Of a stretch of DNA of 64,000 nucleotides, positions 54,535-62,218 are shown piece by piece. Position 1 is the first letter of the stretch, and each line of letters opens with the position of its first letter. The position numbers and the translations under genes are program-made. Under the pieces are notes generated by a model. It saw nothing but the letters and a program-made list of their open reading frames with translations, made no database searches and was not told where the DNA came from. The DNA is from a bacterium. GTDB taxonomy: Bacteria; RBG-13-66-14. The stretch lies in contig DATKYS010000137.1 of the NCBI GenBank assembly GCA_035528375.1, positions 10,024 to 74,023 on the forward strand. The letters run 5' to 3'.

Positions 54535-54699
54535 CGCCGGGGGCCGGCCCTGGGGACTGGTTTTTTTAGTAGGCGGGCAGTGCTTGAAGGGTCAGGCGAT
54601 GTTGCGGAGTAAAAATGGGCCGGCCCATAAGGGCCGGTTTTTCGTGGGACAGGTGGTGATGTGGACTCGCGCGACGTCGTGGAGTAATAAAAGAGCCGG

Positions 54700-55053
54700 C
54701 CCGTTGGGGGGGGCCGCCCTACATCGCGCGGCTGCGATGACGTAGGGGCGGGTCTCCTGACCCGCCCGCGGGCCGACCTAAACGGTGCGCCGTCGGTCGG
54801 CCCCTACGAGTTGCAATCAAACGGGCGACCGTGGACGGTCGCCCCTACGGGGTGTCGTGCGGTTCGTAATGTAGGGCGGGGATTTTATTCCCCGCCGCTT
54901 TACGCTTCCACCCTCGACCCTCACCCCTACCCTCTCCCTAGAAGGGAGAGGGGGCTATGGCGGCCCTCACCCGCGATCCCGCGGGTGAACGCTCCTCCCG
55001 CCGGGAGAGGGGGACCTTCGCGCTCCGCCAATCACCCCGCTCCCCGGGCCTCC
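54700..55053. repeat. REP-like cluster F (largest): four hairpins, 43-bp element, two GGGAGAGGG modules
   Basis: GTAGGGGCGGGTCTCCTGACCCGCCC (54743-54768), the 43-bp element (54771-54811), GGGCGACCGTGGACGGTCGCCCCTACGGGG (54824-54853), GTAGGGCGGGGATTTTATTCCCCGCC (54872-54897), and modules at 54919-54955 and 54965-55014. Confidence 0.85.
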
Positions 55054-55833
55054 CTATTCCAGGGATTCCAGCTTGACCCGCAGCAGCTCCAGGACCTCGT
55101 CACGGGGCAGCGGACCGAGGAAGAGCTCCTCGCCGTCGGCGAAGACGCCCAGGGATTTCCCCAGGCGCAGGGTGTCCTCGCGCCGGCTGACGTCGTGGAC
55201 CAGGACCTCGATTCTTTCGGAGTCCAGCTCCCTGGCCGCGGAGACGACCCGGGCGGCGATGAGGGCGGCGTAGGGGCAGTGGTGGTCCACGAAGACCTCG
55301 ACGACGAGCTTGCCCGGTTTCAAGGCAGGCCGGTAATTCCGGGGCAGCCAGCTTATCCGGGGCGGCTCGTCGGACGGCGCGCCCTCGGGGCGCAGGTACA
55401 ACAGCTTGATGTTGTCCCGTTCCTCGAGCTCGGTGAAGCCGAGATGGAGGAAGAACTCGGCGGGCATGAAACCGGCGTAGTCGAAGCCGAAGACGGCCAG
55501 CGCGCTGGGGTGCGCCGCCCGGCGAACCTCCCCGATGAGCGCCCGGGCCAGCCCGCGACCCTGCCAGTCCGGTTTGACCCAGACGCAGTGGATCACCGCC
55601 GTGTCCACGCCGGCGATTTTAAAAGGCGCTATCTCCAGCGGCAGCGCCTCGGCGATGCCCACCGGGTTCCCCTCGACGTAGAGGATGCGCCCGATCAGCC
55701 CTTCCGCGAGCTGGCGCGTGACCAGATCCCGCTTCAGCCGGGCCCCCTCCTCGAGCTCCTCGCCGGGAACCCAGCAGGGCTTGACGTAATCGTCGAAGCG
55801 CTCCGGGGTGAGAGGCTCGATGCGGTAGTCCAA
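55054..55833 (-). CDS. GNAT N-acetyltransferase fused to a thioredoxin/glutaredoxin-like domain
   Basis: GNAT core VWVKPDWQGRGLARALI. The C-terminal about 90 aa (KLVVEVFVDHHCPYAAL...GVFADGEELF) has a single-Cys CPYA motif in a Grx-like context. TTG start. Confidence 0.65.
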   Translation of the reverse strand: MDYRIEPLTPERFDDYVKPCWVPGEELEEGARLKRDLVTRQLAEGLIGRILYVEGNPVGIAEALPLEIAPFKIAGVDTAVIHCVWVKPDWQGRGLARALIGEVRRAAHPSALAVFGFDYAGFMPAEFFLHLGFTELEERDNIKLLYLRPEGAPSDEPPRISWLPRNYRPALKPGKLVVEVFVDHHCPYAALIAARVVSAARELDSERIEVLVHDVSRREDTLRLGKSLGVFADGEELFLGPLPRDEVLELLRVKLESLE

Positions 55834-55971
55834 GGGTGTTCTCCTGCGGGCTTGCGTCGGCGCATTTTAACACGCCGCAAACTTGGGTGGCAAGGAGCGC
55901 TTCCGGTATAGAAGGGTCTCCCAGGTGCAAAAAGGGGGCGCTCCGCCCCCTCGATTATAGCCTCCAAACAT

Positions 55972-56637
55972 TTAGCCCCGCTTGGCGGAAACCCTCGCCC
56001 GGAGCCAGTCCAGCCAGGCGCTGAGCCCTCGCCCGGTCTTCGCCGAGAGCTCGAAGACGGCGAGCTTCGGGTTGACCTGCTCGATGTTGGCGCGGAGGGC
56101 CGCCAGGTCAACGTCCAGATGCGGCGCCAGGTCCAGCTTGTTCACCACGCAGGCGCTGGACTCGCGGAACATCAGCGGGTATTTCAGCGGCTTGTCCTCC
56201 CCCTCGGTGATGGAGAAGACGACGACCTTGTCGTCCTCGCCCAGGTCGAACTCGGCGGGGCAGACGAGGTTGCCCACGTTCTCGATGATGATCAGGTCGA
56301 GCTCCTCGAGGGGCAGCTCGCCGAGGGCGGTCTTGACGAAATTGGCGCCGACGTGGCAGTCGCCGCCGAAGGGCTCCGTGTTCACCTGGACCACGGGGAT
56401 GTCGTGCCGGGCGATGCGGTCGGCGTCGCGGGTGGTGGTGATGTCGCCCTCGATTACCCCGGCTCGGAGCTCACCGGCCAGGGAGGCCAGGGTGCGCTCC
56501 AGGAGGGTCGTCTTGCCGGCGCCGGGGGAGCTCATGACGTTCACGCTGTAGATGCGCCTTTTGGCGAGGTCGGCGCGGATTTCGCCGGCCAGGGCCTCGT
56601 GGGCCTCCAAGACCTTCCGGACGAGCTTTATCTCCAT
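55972..56637 (-). CDS. hypB: hydrogenase nickel-incorporation GTPase HypB
   Basis: G3E family: SSPGAGKTTLLE, ENVGNLVCPAEFDLGED and NKLDL. No His-rich N-terminus. Confidence 0.85.
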   Translation of the reverse strand: MEIKLVRKVLEAHEALAGEIRADLAKRRIYSVNVMSSPGAGKTTLLERTLASLAGELRAGVIEGDITTTRDADRIARHDIPVVQVNTEPFGGDCHVGANFVKTALGELPLEELDLIIIENVGNLVCPAEFDLGEDDKVVVFSITEGEDKPLKYPLMFRESSACVVNKLDLAPHLDVDLAALRANIEQVNPKLAVFELSAKTGRGLSAWLDWLRARVSAKRG

Positions 56638-56691
56638 GGGCGGACCTCGACGGGATGGGCTTTTCGATGCCCTCTTTAGATTAGCGACGCG

Positions 56692-56721
56692 TTGACATTA
56701 TAGTCGTCGCCCCCGTATACT
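56692..56721 (+). promoter_or_regulatory. sigma70-type promoter for the kinase-like gene
   Basis: TTGACA-N18-TATACT, 36 nt before the TTG at 56758. Confidence 0.5.
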
Positions 56722-56757
56722 GCAAGATGAAGTAGAGGCCCCAGGATCGAAATCCCG

Positions 56758-58218
56758 TTGGACATACCGAACCAGACGAGCGTGGTGGAGGCGGTGAAGG
56801 GGCAGTTGTCCCTTTTAGCCGACCCTCGCCGCTGGCGTATCGTTAACGACCGGCGAGCCGGCGCCGACGCCCGGCTGGCCGGCGCCGATGTAGAGACCCT
56901 CTGGCACCACCCGCCCCAGACACATTTACTGGTGAAGTTGAGTCCGGCGGCCGGCGACCGGGGGTTCACCTTCTACCTCCCCCTCCTCCTCACCCCGGAA
57001 AAGCCCCCCGCGGGCGGGGTGCCTCTGACCGTCGGCGACGGCGACTGGTTCGCCTCCGACCCCTTCCTCTCGCCACCGGAGCTGATGGCGCTCCTGAAGA
57101 GCGCCGGTGTCGGCAACGCCGGCCGGTTGCGGCTCGATTCGCCCTCCGTCGGACCATTCGCTATGGCGACCCGCAACCCCCTCTTCAAACCCGCGGGGTG
57201 CAAGATCGAACCGCTGCTGGAGCGGGAGGGGGAGCCCAGCACGAATTACCTCTACCGCCTGGACGTGCGCGGCGCTGGCGGAGAGCACGCTCTGGTGGCC
57301 AAGCGCTACCTCCCCCGGGAGGAGCCCGGGCGCGGCGACCGGGAGTGGGAGCTCGCCACGGCGCTTTCCAGCGAGCTCGTGCCGCGGCCCGTCGGCCGTC
57401 TCGCGGATACACGCTCCGGCAACACCCTGGTCGGTTTCTACGAGTTCGTCCCCGGCGTCGAGGTCGGGCTGGTGCTGTGGAAGCTCTACGGGCTCCTGGG
57501 CGTCGTGCCGACGGGGTCGGTGCTGGCGCGCGTCCGGGTGGTCTTCGCTAAGAGCCTGCGCACCCTCGCCTCCTTCCACGACCAGATCGCGCAGCGGATG
57601 AAGTACGACGCCGGGCGGGGGCCGGTCAACGAGGGGGTCTTCCACCGAGCCGAGGAGGACTTGCGCGCCCTGCGCGGGTATCGGGTCAACTCGAAGGCCT
57701 ACCGCGCCATCATCGCCGGCCTGGTGTCGAGCCTGGAGGGGGGTGGTTCCGTATTCCACGGCCCCCGGCCCGTCCACGGGGACCTGATGTGGCGCCAGGT
57801 CGTCTGGCGCATGGAGCTGGAAAGGGGGAAGGAGCTCGACCTCCTGACCCTGCCCCTGGAGCCGCCCGAGGAGATGCCCGGCCGGCTGACCGTCATGGAC
57901 GCCGAGAGCTGGCGGGCGGGGTATCTGGAGGAGGACCTGGCCGGCCTCGCCGCCGCGGACAACTTTATGCTCGCCCTCCAGGAGCGGGACCGATTCGCCC
58001 CGGTAATTTTCGCCGCCCTCTGGCACGCCGCCTACCAGGCCAACGACTGGGACGAGGGCGCGGCGCACCGGTCACTGCGTCCACTCCTCTCCCTCATCCG
58101 TCTGCGCCACCTCCACGACGCCGCCTACTACGCCGGGGCCAAGGGCGAGAATTCCGTAAAGACCGCCGAGTACGACCACTACGTGCGGGTGAGCCTCCAC
58201 CTCGCCGGTCTGGTTTAA
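56758..58218 (+). CDS. protein-kinase-fold phosphotransferase, maltokinase (Mak/Pep2)-like
   Basis: The N-terminal RRWRIVND...FYLPLLL resembles the maltokinase cap. PVHGDLMWRQV matches the HGDLHxxQ catalytic loop. VMDAESW...EEDLAGL matches DFEGEP...DVAGM. Divergent, so the family call is tentative. Confidence 0.45.
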   Translation: MDIPNQTSVVEAVKGQLSLLADPRRWRIVNDRRAGADARLAGADVETLWHHPPQTHLLVKLSPAAGDRGFTFYLPLLLTPEKPPAGGVPLTVGDGDWFASDPFLSPPELMALLKSAGVGNAGRLRLDSPSVGPFAMATRNPLFKPAGCKIEPLLEREGEPSTNYLYRLDVRGAGGEHALVAKRYLPREEPGRGDREWELATALSSELVPRPVGRLADTRSGNTLVGFYEFVPGVEVGLVLWKLYGLLGVVPTGSVLARVRVVFAKSLRTLASFHDQIAQRMKYDAGRGPVNEGVFHRAEEDLRALRGYRVNSKAYRAIIAGLVSSLEGGGSVFHGPRPVHGDLMWRQVVWRMELERGKELDLLTLPLEPPEEMPGRLTVMDAESWRAGYLEEDLAGLAAADNFMLALQERDRFAPVIFAALWHAAYQANDWDEGAAHRSLRPLLSLIRLRHLHDAAYYAGAKGENSVKTAEYDHYVRVSLHLAGLV

Positions 58219-58235
58219 TTGTTTCGTTTCAATAA

Positions 58236-58265
58236 AGAAGGGCGGGTCGACCGCCCTTTGTTTTA
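58236..58265. terminator. bidirectional terminator between convergent genes
   Basis: AAGAAGGGCGG-GTCGA-CCGCCCTTTGTTTT. Confidence 0.7.
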
Positions 58266-58278
58266 CATTGCACAGGGT

Positions 58279-58989
58279 CTAGTCGAAAGCCGCTTTTATC
58301 ACTCCCCAGGAGGTTTCCTTCACGTCGGAGTGGGCGGCCAGGTAGCAGGCGGCGTTGGCCATGATGAGAAACCCGTCCCCGGTCCAGCCTTGCGGATTAT
58401 TACTAGTGTAATCAAGACCGACGACTGTATTGCCGGCATTTACGGCTATGCCGGGGTAGAGGGGGAAATCGGCTATCTCATGGGCCCCGGGACGGAGCTC
58501 AAGCAGGATATGGTAATACACATCGCTTAAATGGGATACCCCCTCAAATATCGGGTGCTCGGGCTCGAGGATGTTCAGATCCTGGTAATCGTAGACATAA
58601 AATTCACCGGGTATAGGTCCGTAAGGAGCGTACTCATCATCCAGCCAGCGACCGCCGATGCCCCAACCCCCGGGGTCATAAAAGAGCATCTCAGAGATAC
58701 ATACCACACAGCCGCCGCCGTCCACATAGTCGGCCAGGTTATCGCCGAACTCATCCGGTTCCTCTGTATATGTCCCTCCTATGAAGAGCGCATCGAAGTT
58801 GCGCATAAACTCAAGAGGCGGCGTGAAATCCATGATATTATAAAAGTAAACAACCTCGAAGCGCGGGTCGTCACGCACGTACTCAACCACTTCCGACCAG
58901 TATTGGTAAAAATCCCCCACCAAGAACACGGCGTCCAGGCCGGCGAGAGCGACCAGCGGCAGCACGAGCATCAATATGACGGTTTTCAT
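58279..58989 (-). CDS. secreted alpha/beta protein (GATase1/ThuA-like pattern) ending in an SWGxIKA tail, low G+C
   Basis: Signal peptide MKTVILMLVLPLVALAG. VFLVGD, NFDALFIGGT and YVDGGGCVVCIS parallel the protein at 15331..16194. Ends VKETSWGVIKAAFD*. Confidence 0.7.
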   Translation of the reverse strand: MKTVILMLVLPLVALAGLDAVFLVGDFYQYWSEVVEYVRDDPRFEVVYFYNIMDFTPPLEFMRNFDALFIGGTYTEEPDEFGDNLADYVDGGGCVVCISEMLFYDPGGWGIGGRWLDDEYAPYGPIPGEFYVYDYQDLNILEPEHPIFEGVSHLSDVYYHILLELRPGAHEIADFPLYPGIAVNAGNTVVGLDYTSNNPQGWTGDGFLIMANAACYLAAHSDVKETSWGVIKAAFD

Positions 58990-59072
58990 GACTCCTCCGT
59001 TTCACTAAAGCACCCAGCGCGGGATGGTATGGATATCCTCCTCGTAAAGCTCTCCCAATGTGCCCCAGTCGT

Positions 59073-59696
59073 CTATGAGCATCTCCAGGAGCAGACGGCC
59101 TCGTGCAGTTCCTGCGGCCAGAGGCTGCGCTTGAGCCAGTCCCAGTGGCAGTGGTCGGTCGTGTCTCCGGGCCAGTAATCTCCGTTGACCGGCCCTTGGG
59201 GGTGGGGGAAGTTGTTGAAGACGTCGGCGTATTCAGGCGGTAAGTGGTCTTGAAATATGATTAAGCCTTGCTCGGTCCTGTCCCACCAGTCCACGGGCCG
59301 CCTTATGGCGTTGACCGTCTTAGCCCATGCGATGTGGGGAGTGGGGGGGATAGCGTAGATCGCAAGTTCTTCTTTTGTGATTATCACGTTGTAAACGTAC
59401 TTGATGAGCGGGTCTTGGTTGGTCAGAAGGATTGGCTCGTGTCCTTTCTTACCCAGCCAGTCGTTCGGGTCCCACTGGTATCTTTCTGGGCGGTAGGTGG
59501 TGTGCGTCCCCGGAGGGCCTTCAACTTTACTGAGTGAATAGCGCCAAACCTGCTCGATATCCTCCGAGCCTATCAGCCTCTTGATTACGGTGCATTTGAT
59601 GAAGGTGGGGGGACCCTGGGGAAAGAGGTCGTTGTTGACCCGGACCTTGGGCCGGATACGGTATTCCGCAGGTCGGAGAATCTCTTCCGGGCTCAC
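59073..59696 (-). CDS. hypothetical Trp/Pro-rich protein, low G+C; the 3' end may be frameshifted (possible true end at 59005)
   Basis: GTG start. No motif I recognise. An alternative frame continues ...LLLEMLIDDWGTLGELYEEDIHTIPRWVL* to 15 nt before the next gene's ATG. Confidence 0.5.
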   Translation of the reverse strand: MSPEEILRPAEYRIRPKVRVNNDLFPQGPPTFIKCTVIKRLIGSEDIEQVWRYSLSKVEGPPGTHTTYRPERYQWDPNDWLGKKGHEPILLTNQDPLIKYVYNVIITKEELAIYAIPPTPHIAWAKTVNAIRRPVDWWDRTEQGLIIFQDHLPPEYADVFNNFPHPQGPVNGDYWPGDTTDHCHWDWLKRSLWPQELHEAVCSWRCS

Positions 59697-59791
59697 AATC
59701 CTCCTTTAACCTCTACCTTAAGTTTATCCTTTCTTTATCAGAAAGTCAATTTGAAATCAGGGCGACGTTCCCGTTTTTTTCGTCGTGTGTC

Positions 59792-60706
59792 CTACGCCGA
59801 GCCGCGGCGGCGGAAGCCGTAGCCCATCACCTCGTGCACGTCGGTGATGACCACGAAGGCCTTCGAATCCGCCACCTTCACCAGCCGCTTGAGCCGCTCC
59901 ACCTCCCGCTTCTCTATCACGCAGTAGATGACGCTCTTGTCCACGTCGGTGTACATGCCCCGGCCCTTCGTGAGGGTGGCCCCCCGGTTGAGCCCCGCCA
60001 TTATCTGGTAGTACACGATGTCGGGGACGTCGGTGACGATGATGGCCGCCCGGGCGTAGCTGAAGCCGTCCAGCACGACGTCTATCACCTTTATCGAGAC
60101 GCCCAGGGCCAGGAATCCGTAGAGGATGAGGTCCACCTCGCCGAAAATCGCGCCGGCGAAGGCGATTATGGCCGTGTCGAAGAAGAGGAAGCTGACCCCG
60201 GTGGAGAGCCCGGTGTAGCGGGAGAGGATGCGGGCGGGGATGTCGGTGCCGCCGGTGGAGCCTCCGCCCCGGAGGACCAGCCCCAGGCCGGCCCCCAGGA
60301 GCACCGCCCCGTACACGAGGGCCATGACGATGTTATCGGTGAGGACGGGGATGCGCAGAATCTCGCCGTACAGGTCGGCGAAAATGGAGTAGAGAACGAT
60401 GCCGAAGATGGTGCGCAGGCCGAAGCTGCCGCCGAGGAACTTCAGACCGACGAGGAACAACGGGATGTTGAATACGAGCATCGTCACGCCCACCGGGACG
60501 TGCCAGAGGAAGTGCAGCACCGTGGCCAGTCCGCCGATGCCCCCCGGGGCGATGCGGTAGGGGACCAGGAACACCACGAGACCGAAGCTCCCCACGGCGG
60601 CGCCCACCAGGATCAAGGCGTAGTCCCGGAGCGCCGACTTCCAGTCGGGCAACAGGAGCTTGGGGAACCGCTGTTTGAGCGAGGAGAGGAAGAATCGCTT
60701 GCCCAT
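59792..60706 (-). CDS. YitT-family membrane protein (DUF2179 C-terminal domain)
   Basis: GGAGG-N5-ATG. LVPYRIAPGGIGGLATVLH. C-terminal DUF2179-like VVITDVHEVMGYGF. Confidence 0.85.
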   Translation of the reverse strand: MGKRFFLSSLKQRFPKLLLPDWKSALRDYALILVGAAVGSFGLVVFLVPYRIAPGGIGGLATVLHFLWHVPVGVTMLVFNIPLFLVGLKFLGGSFGLRTIFGIVLYSIFADLYGEILRIPVLTDNIVMALVYGAVLLGAGLGLVLRGGGSTGGTDIPARILSRYTGLSTGVSFLFFDTAIIAFAGAIFGEVDLILYGFLALGVSIKVIDVVLDGFSYARAAIIVTDVPDIVYYQIMAGLNRGATLTKGRGMYTDVDKSVIYCVIEKREVERLKRLVKVADSKAFVVITDVHEVMGYGFRRRGSA

Positions 60707-60787
60707 GACGACCTCCGAACAGGGCAAAAAAATAGGGCCCACCCAGTACCTCGGCGGGGCGCAGTCTAGTAAAGGGGGTCGGAGCTG

Positions 60788-61618
60788 TCAACCCCCATTT
60801 TCATCCAGCAGGTCCGCCAGCTCGGCGGGCTCGAACGTCCGGGGCACCGTCAGCCGGTGGGCCGGGACGCGGCGGGACAGCTCCGCGGCGAAGGGGAGGA
60901 CGAGGTCGGCGAACCAGGGCGGCGGCTCGTAGCTGGTGACCGATGCGACGAGGAGCGCCGTCCCGTCCCGGGCGGTCAGCGGCTCCAGCCCCGCGGTATC
61001 CCCCTTTTCCAGGACGCAGATTCCGGTCAACCCGGCCCGGGTCACCGCCGGCATCCGGGGCTCCAGGTCACCCCAAAAGGGTGTGAATTCGATGGTCCAG
61101 CCTCCGTCTCTCCGCCGCACGGCGGGCATCTCGTCGGAGAGCACGTGCCATCCCGGCCTCCCGATGAGATTCCCGGCGAGGGTGCTCTTCCCGCTGCCCG
61201 ACCGGCCGCAGATGAGAAAACCTTTTCTCCGGGGCGTGACGACCCCCGCGGCGTGGAAGAGGAAACCCCCCGGCGGCAGGAGACACATGGCCGCCCACAC
61301 CCGCAGCACGAAGTCCACATCCTGATAGCCGCTCAGGCGGTACTTGACCCTGGCCCCCGCCTCGGTGGGAATCAGCTCGAACCGGGGTTCGCGAATCAAG
61401 CGCCGCCCGCCCGCCTCGGGGTAGATTAACCGGAGACCGAGCTCGATGTTGTAGTCCACCGACGGCTGCACGTCGAAGGTGACGGTGAGCGTTATCGGTC
61501 CGTCGGTGAGGAAGGGTCGGTAGATCTCCGCGAGCCCGGTGTACAGCGTCCGCGGCAGCTCGAGGGCCAGCGGTCCGCCGATGAAGTGGATTATCAGCCG
61601 TTCGAGGGGATCTTTCAT
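60788..61618 (-). CDS. HPr-kinase-related (HprK C-terminal-like) P-loop protein
   Basis: FHAAGVVTPRRKGFLICGRSGSGKSTLAGNL...GWHVLSDEMP matches the HprK-related kinase pattern. ATGA overlap with the maf stop. Confidence 0.6.
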   Translation of the reverse strand: MKDPLERLIIHFIGGPLALELPRTLYTGLAEIYRPFLTDGPITLTVTFDVQPSVDYNIELGLRLIYPEAGGRRLIREPRFELIPTEAGARVKYRLSGYQDVDFVLRVWAAMCLLPPGGFLFHAAGVVTPRRKGFLICGRSGSGKSTLAGNLIGRPGWHVLSDEMPAVRRRDGGWTIEFTPFWGDLEPRMPAVTRAGLTGICVLEKGDTAGLEPLTARDGTALLVASVTSYEPPPWFADLVLPFAAELSRRVPAHRLTVPRTFEPAELADLLDENGG

Positions 61619-62208
61619 CTTCGGCGGGTGCGTTGATTCCCCGTCCGGTCGAGCGCCTCGAGGAGCTTCAAGGTTTCTTCCACCGGCAGGCCGATGACGT
61701 TGGTCACCGAACCCTCGACCCGTTCCACGAGGTTCCACCGCTCATCCTGGACGGCGTAGGCGCCGGCCTTGTCGAGGGACGAGCCGGTGGCGACGTAATC
61801 GTCAATCTCATCGGGGGTCAGCCGGCGGATCCGCACCCGGCTGTCCACCCGGACGGTGAGCGGGTTTCCATCGGGCGCCAGCATGGCCGCCACGCCGGTC
61901 GTCACGGTGTGCTCCGCGCCGGCCAGGGCGGTGAGCATGGCGCGCGCCTCCGCCTCGTCGCGGGGCTTCCCCAGCACCCTCCCCCGGAGGCGGACGATGG
62001 TGTCGGCGGCCAGGACGACCTCGCCGGTCAGACGCGACTTTGCGACCGCCCGCGCCTTGCACACCGCCAGCTCCACGGCCTGGACCGGGTCCGAGTCGGG
62101 CCAGAACTCATCCACCGCCGGCACGACGACGGTGAAGGAAACCCCGGCCTCTTCCAGGAGCTTCTTGCGCCGGGGGCTTCCGCTGGCCAGCACCAGGGGG
62201 TGGATCAT
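61615..62208 (-). CDS. maf: Maf-family nucleoside triphosphate pyrophosphatase
   Basis: LVLASGSPRRKKLL, LAADTIV, KAGAYAVQ. Confidence 0.9.
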   Translation of the reverse strand: MIHPLVLASGSPRRKKLLEEAGVSFTVVVPAVDEFWPDSDPVQAVELAVCKARAVAKSRLTGEVVLAADTIVRLRGRVLGKPRDEAEARAMLTALAGAEHTVTTGVAAMLAPDGNPLTVRVDSRVRIRRLTPDEIDDYVATGSSLDKAGAYAVQDERWNLVERVEGSVTNVIGLPVEETLKLLEALDRTGNQRTRRR

Positions 62209-62218
62209 CGGCCTCGCT

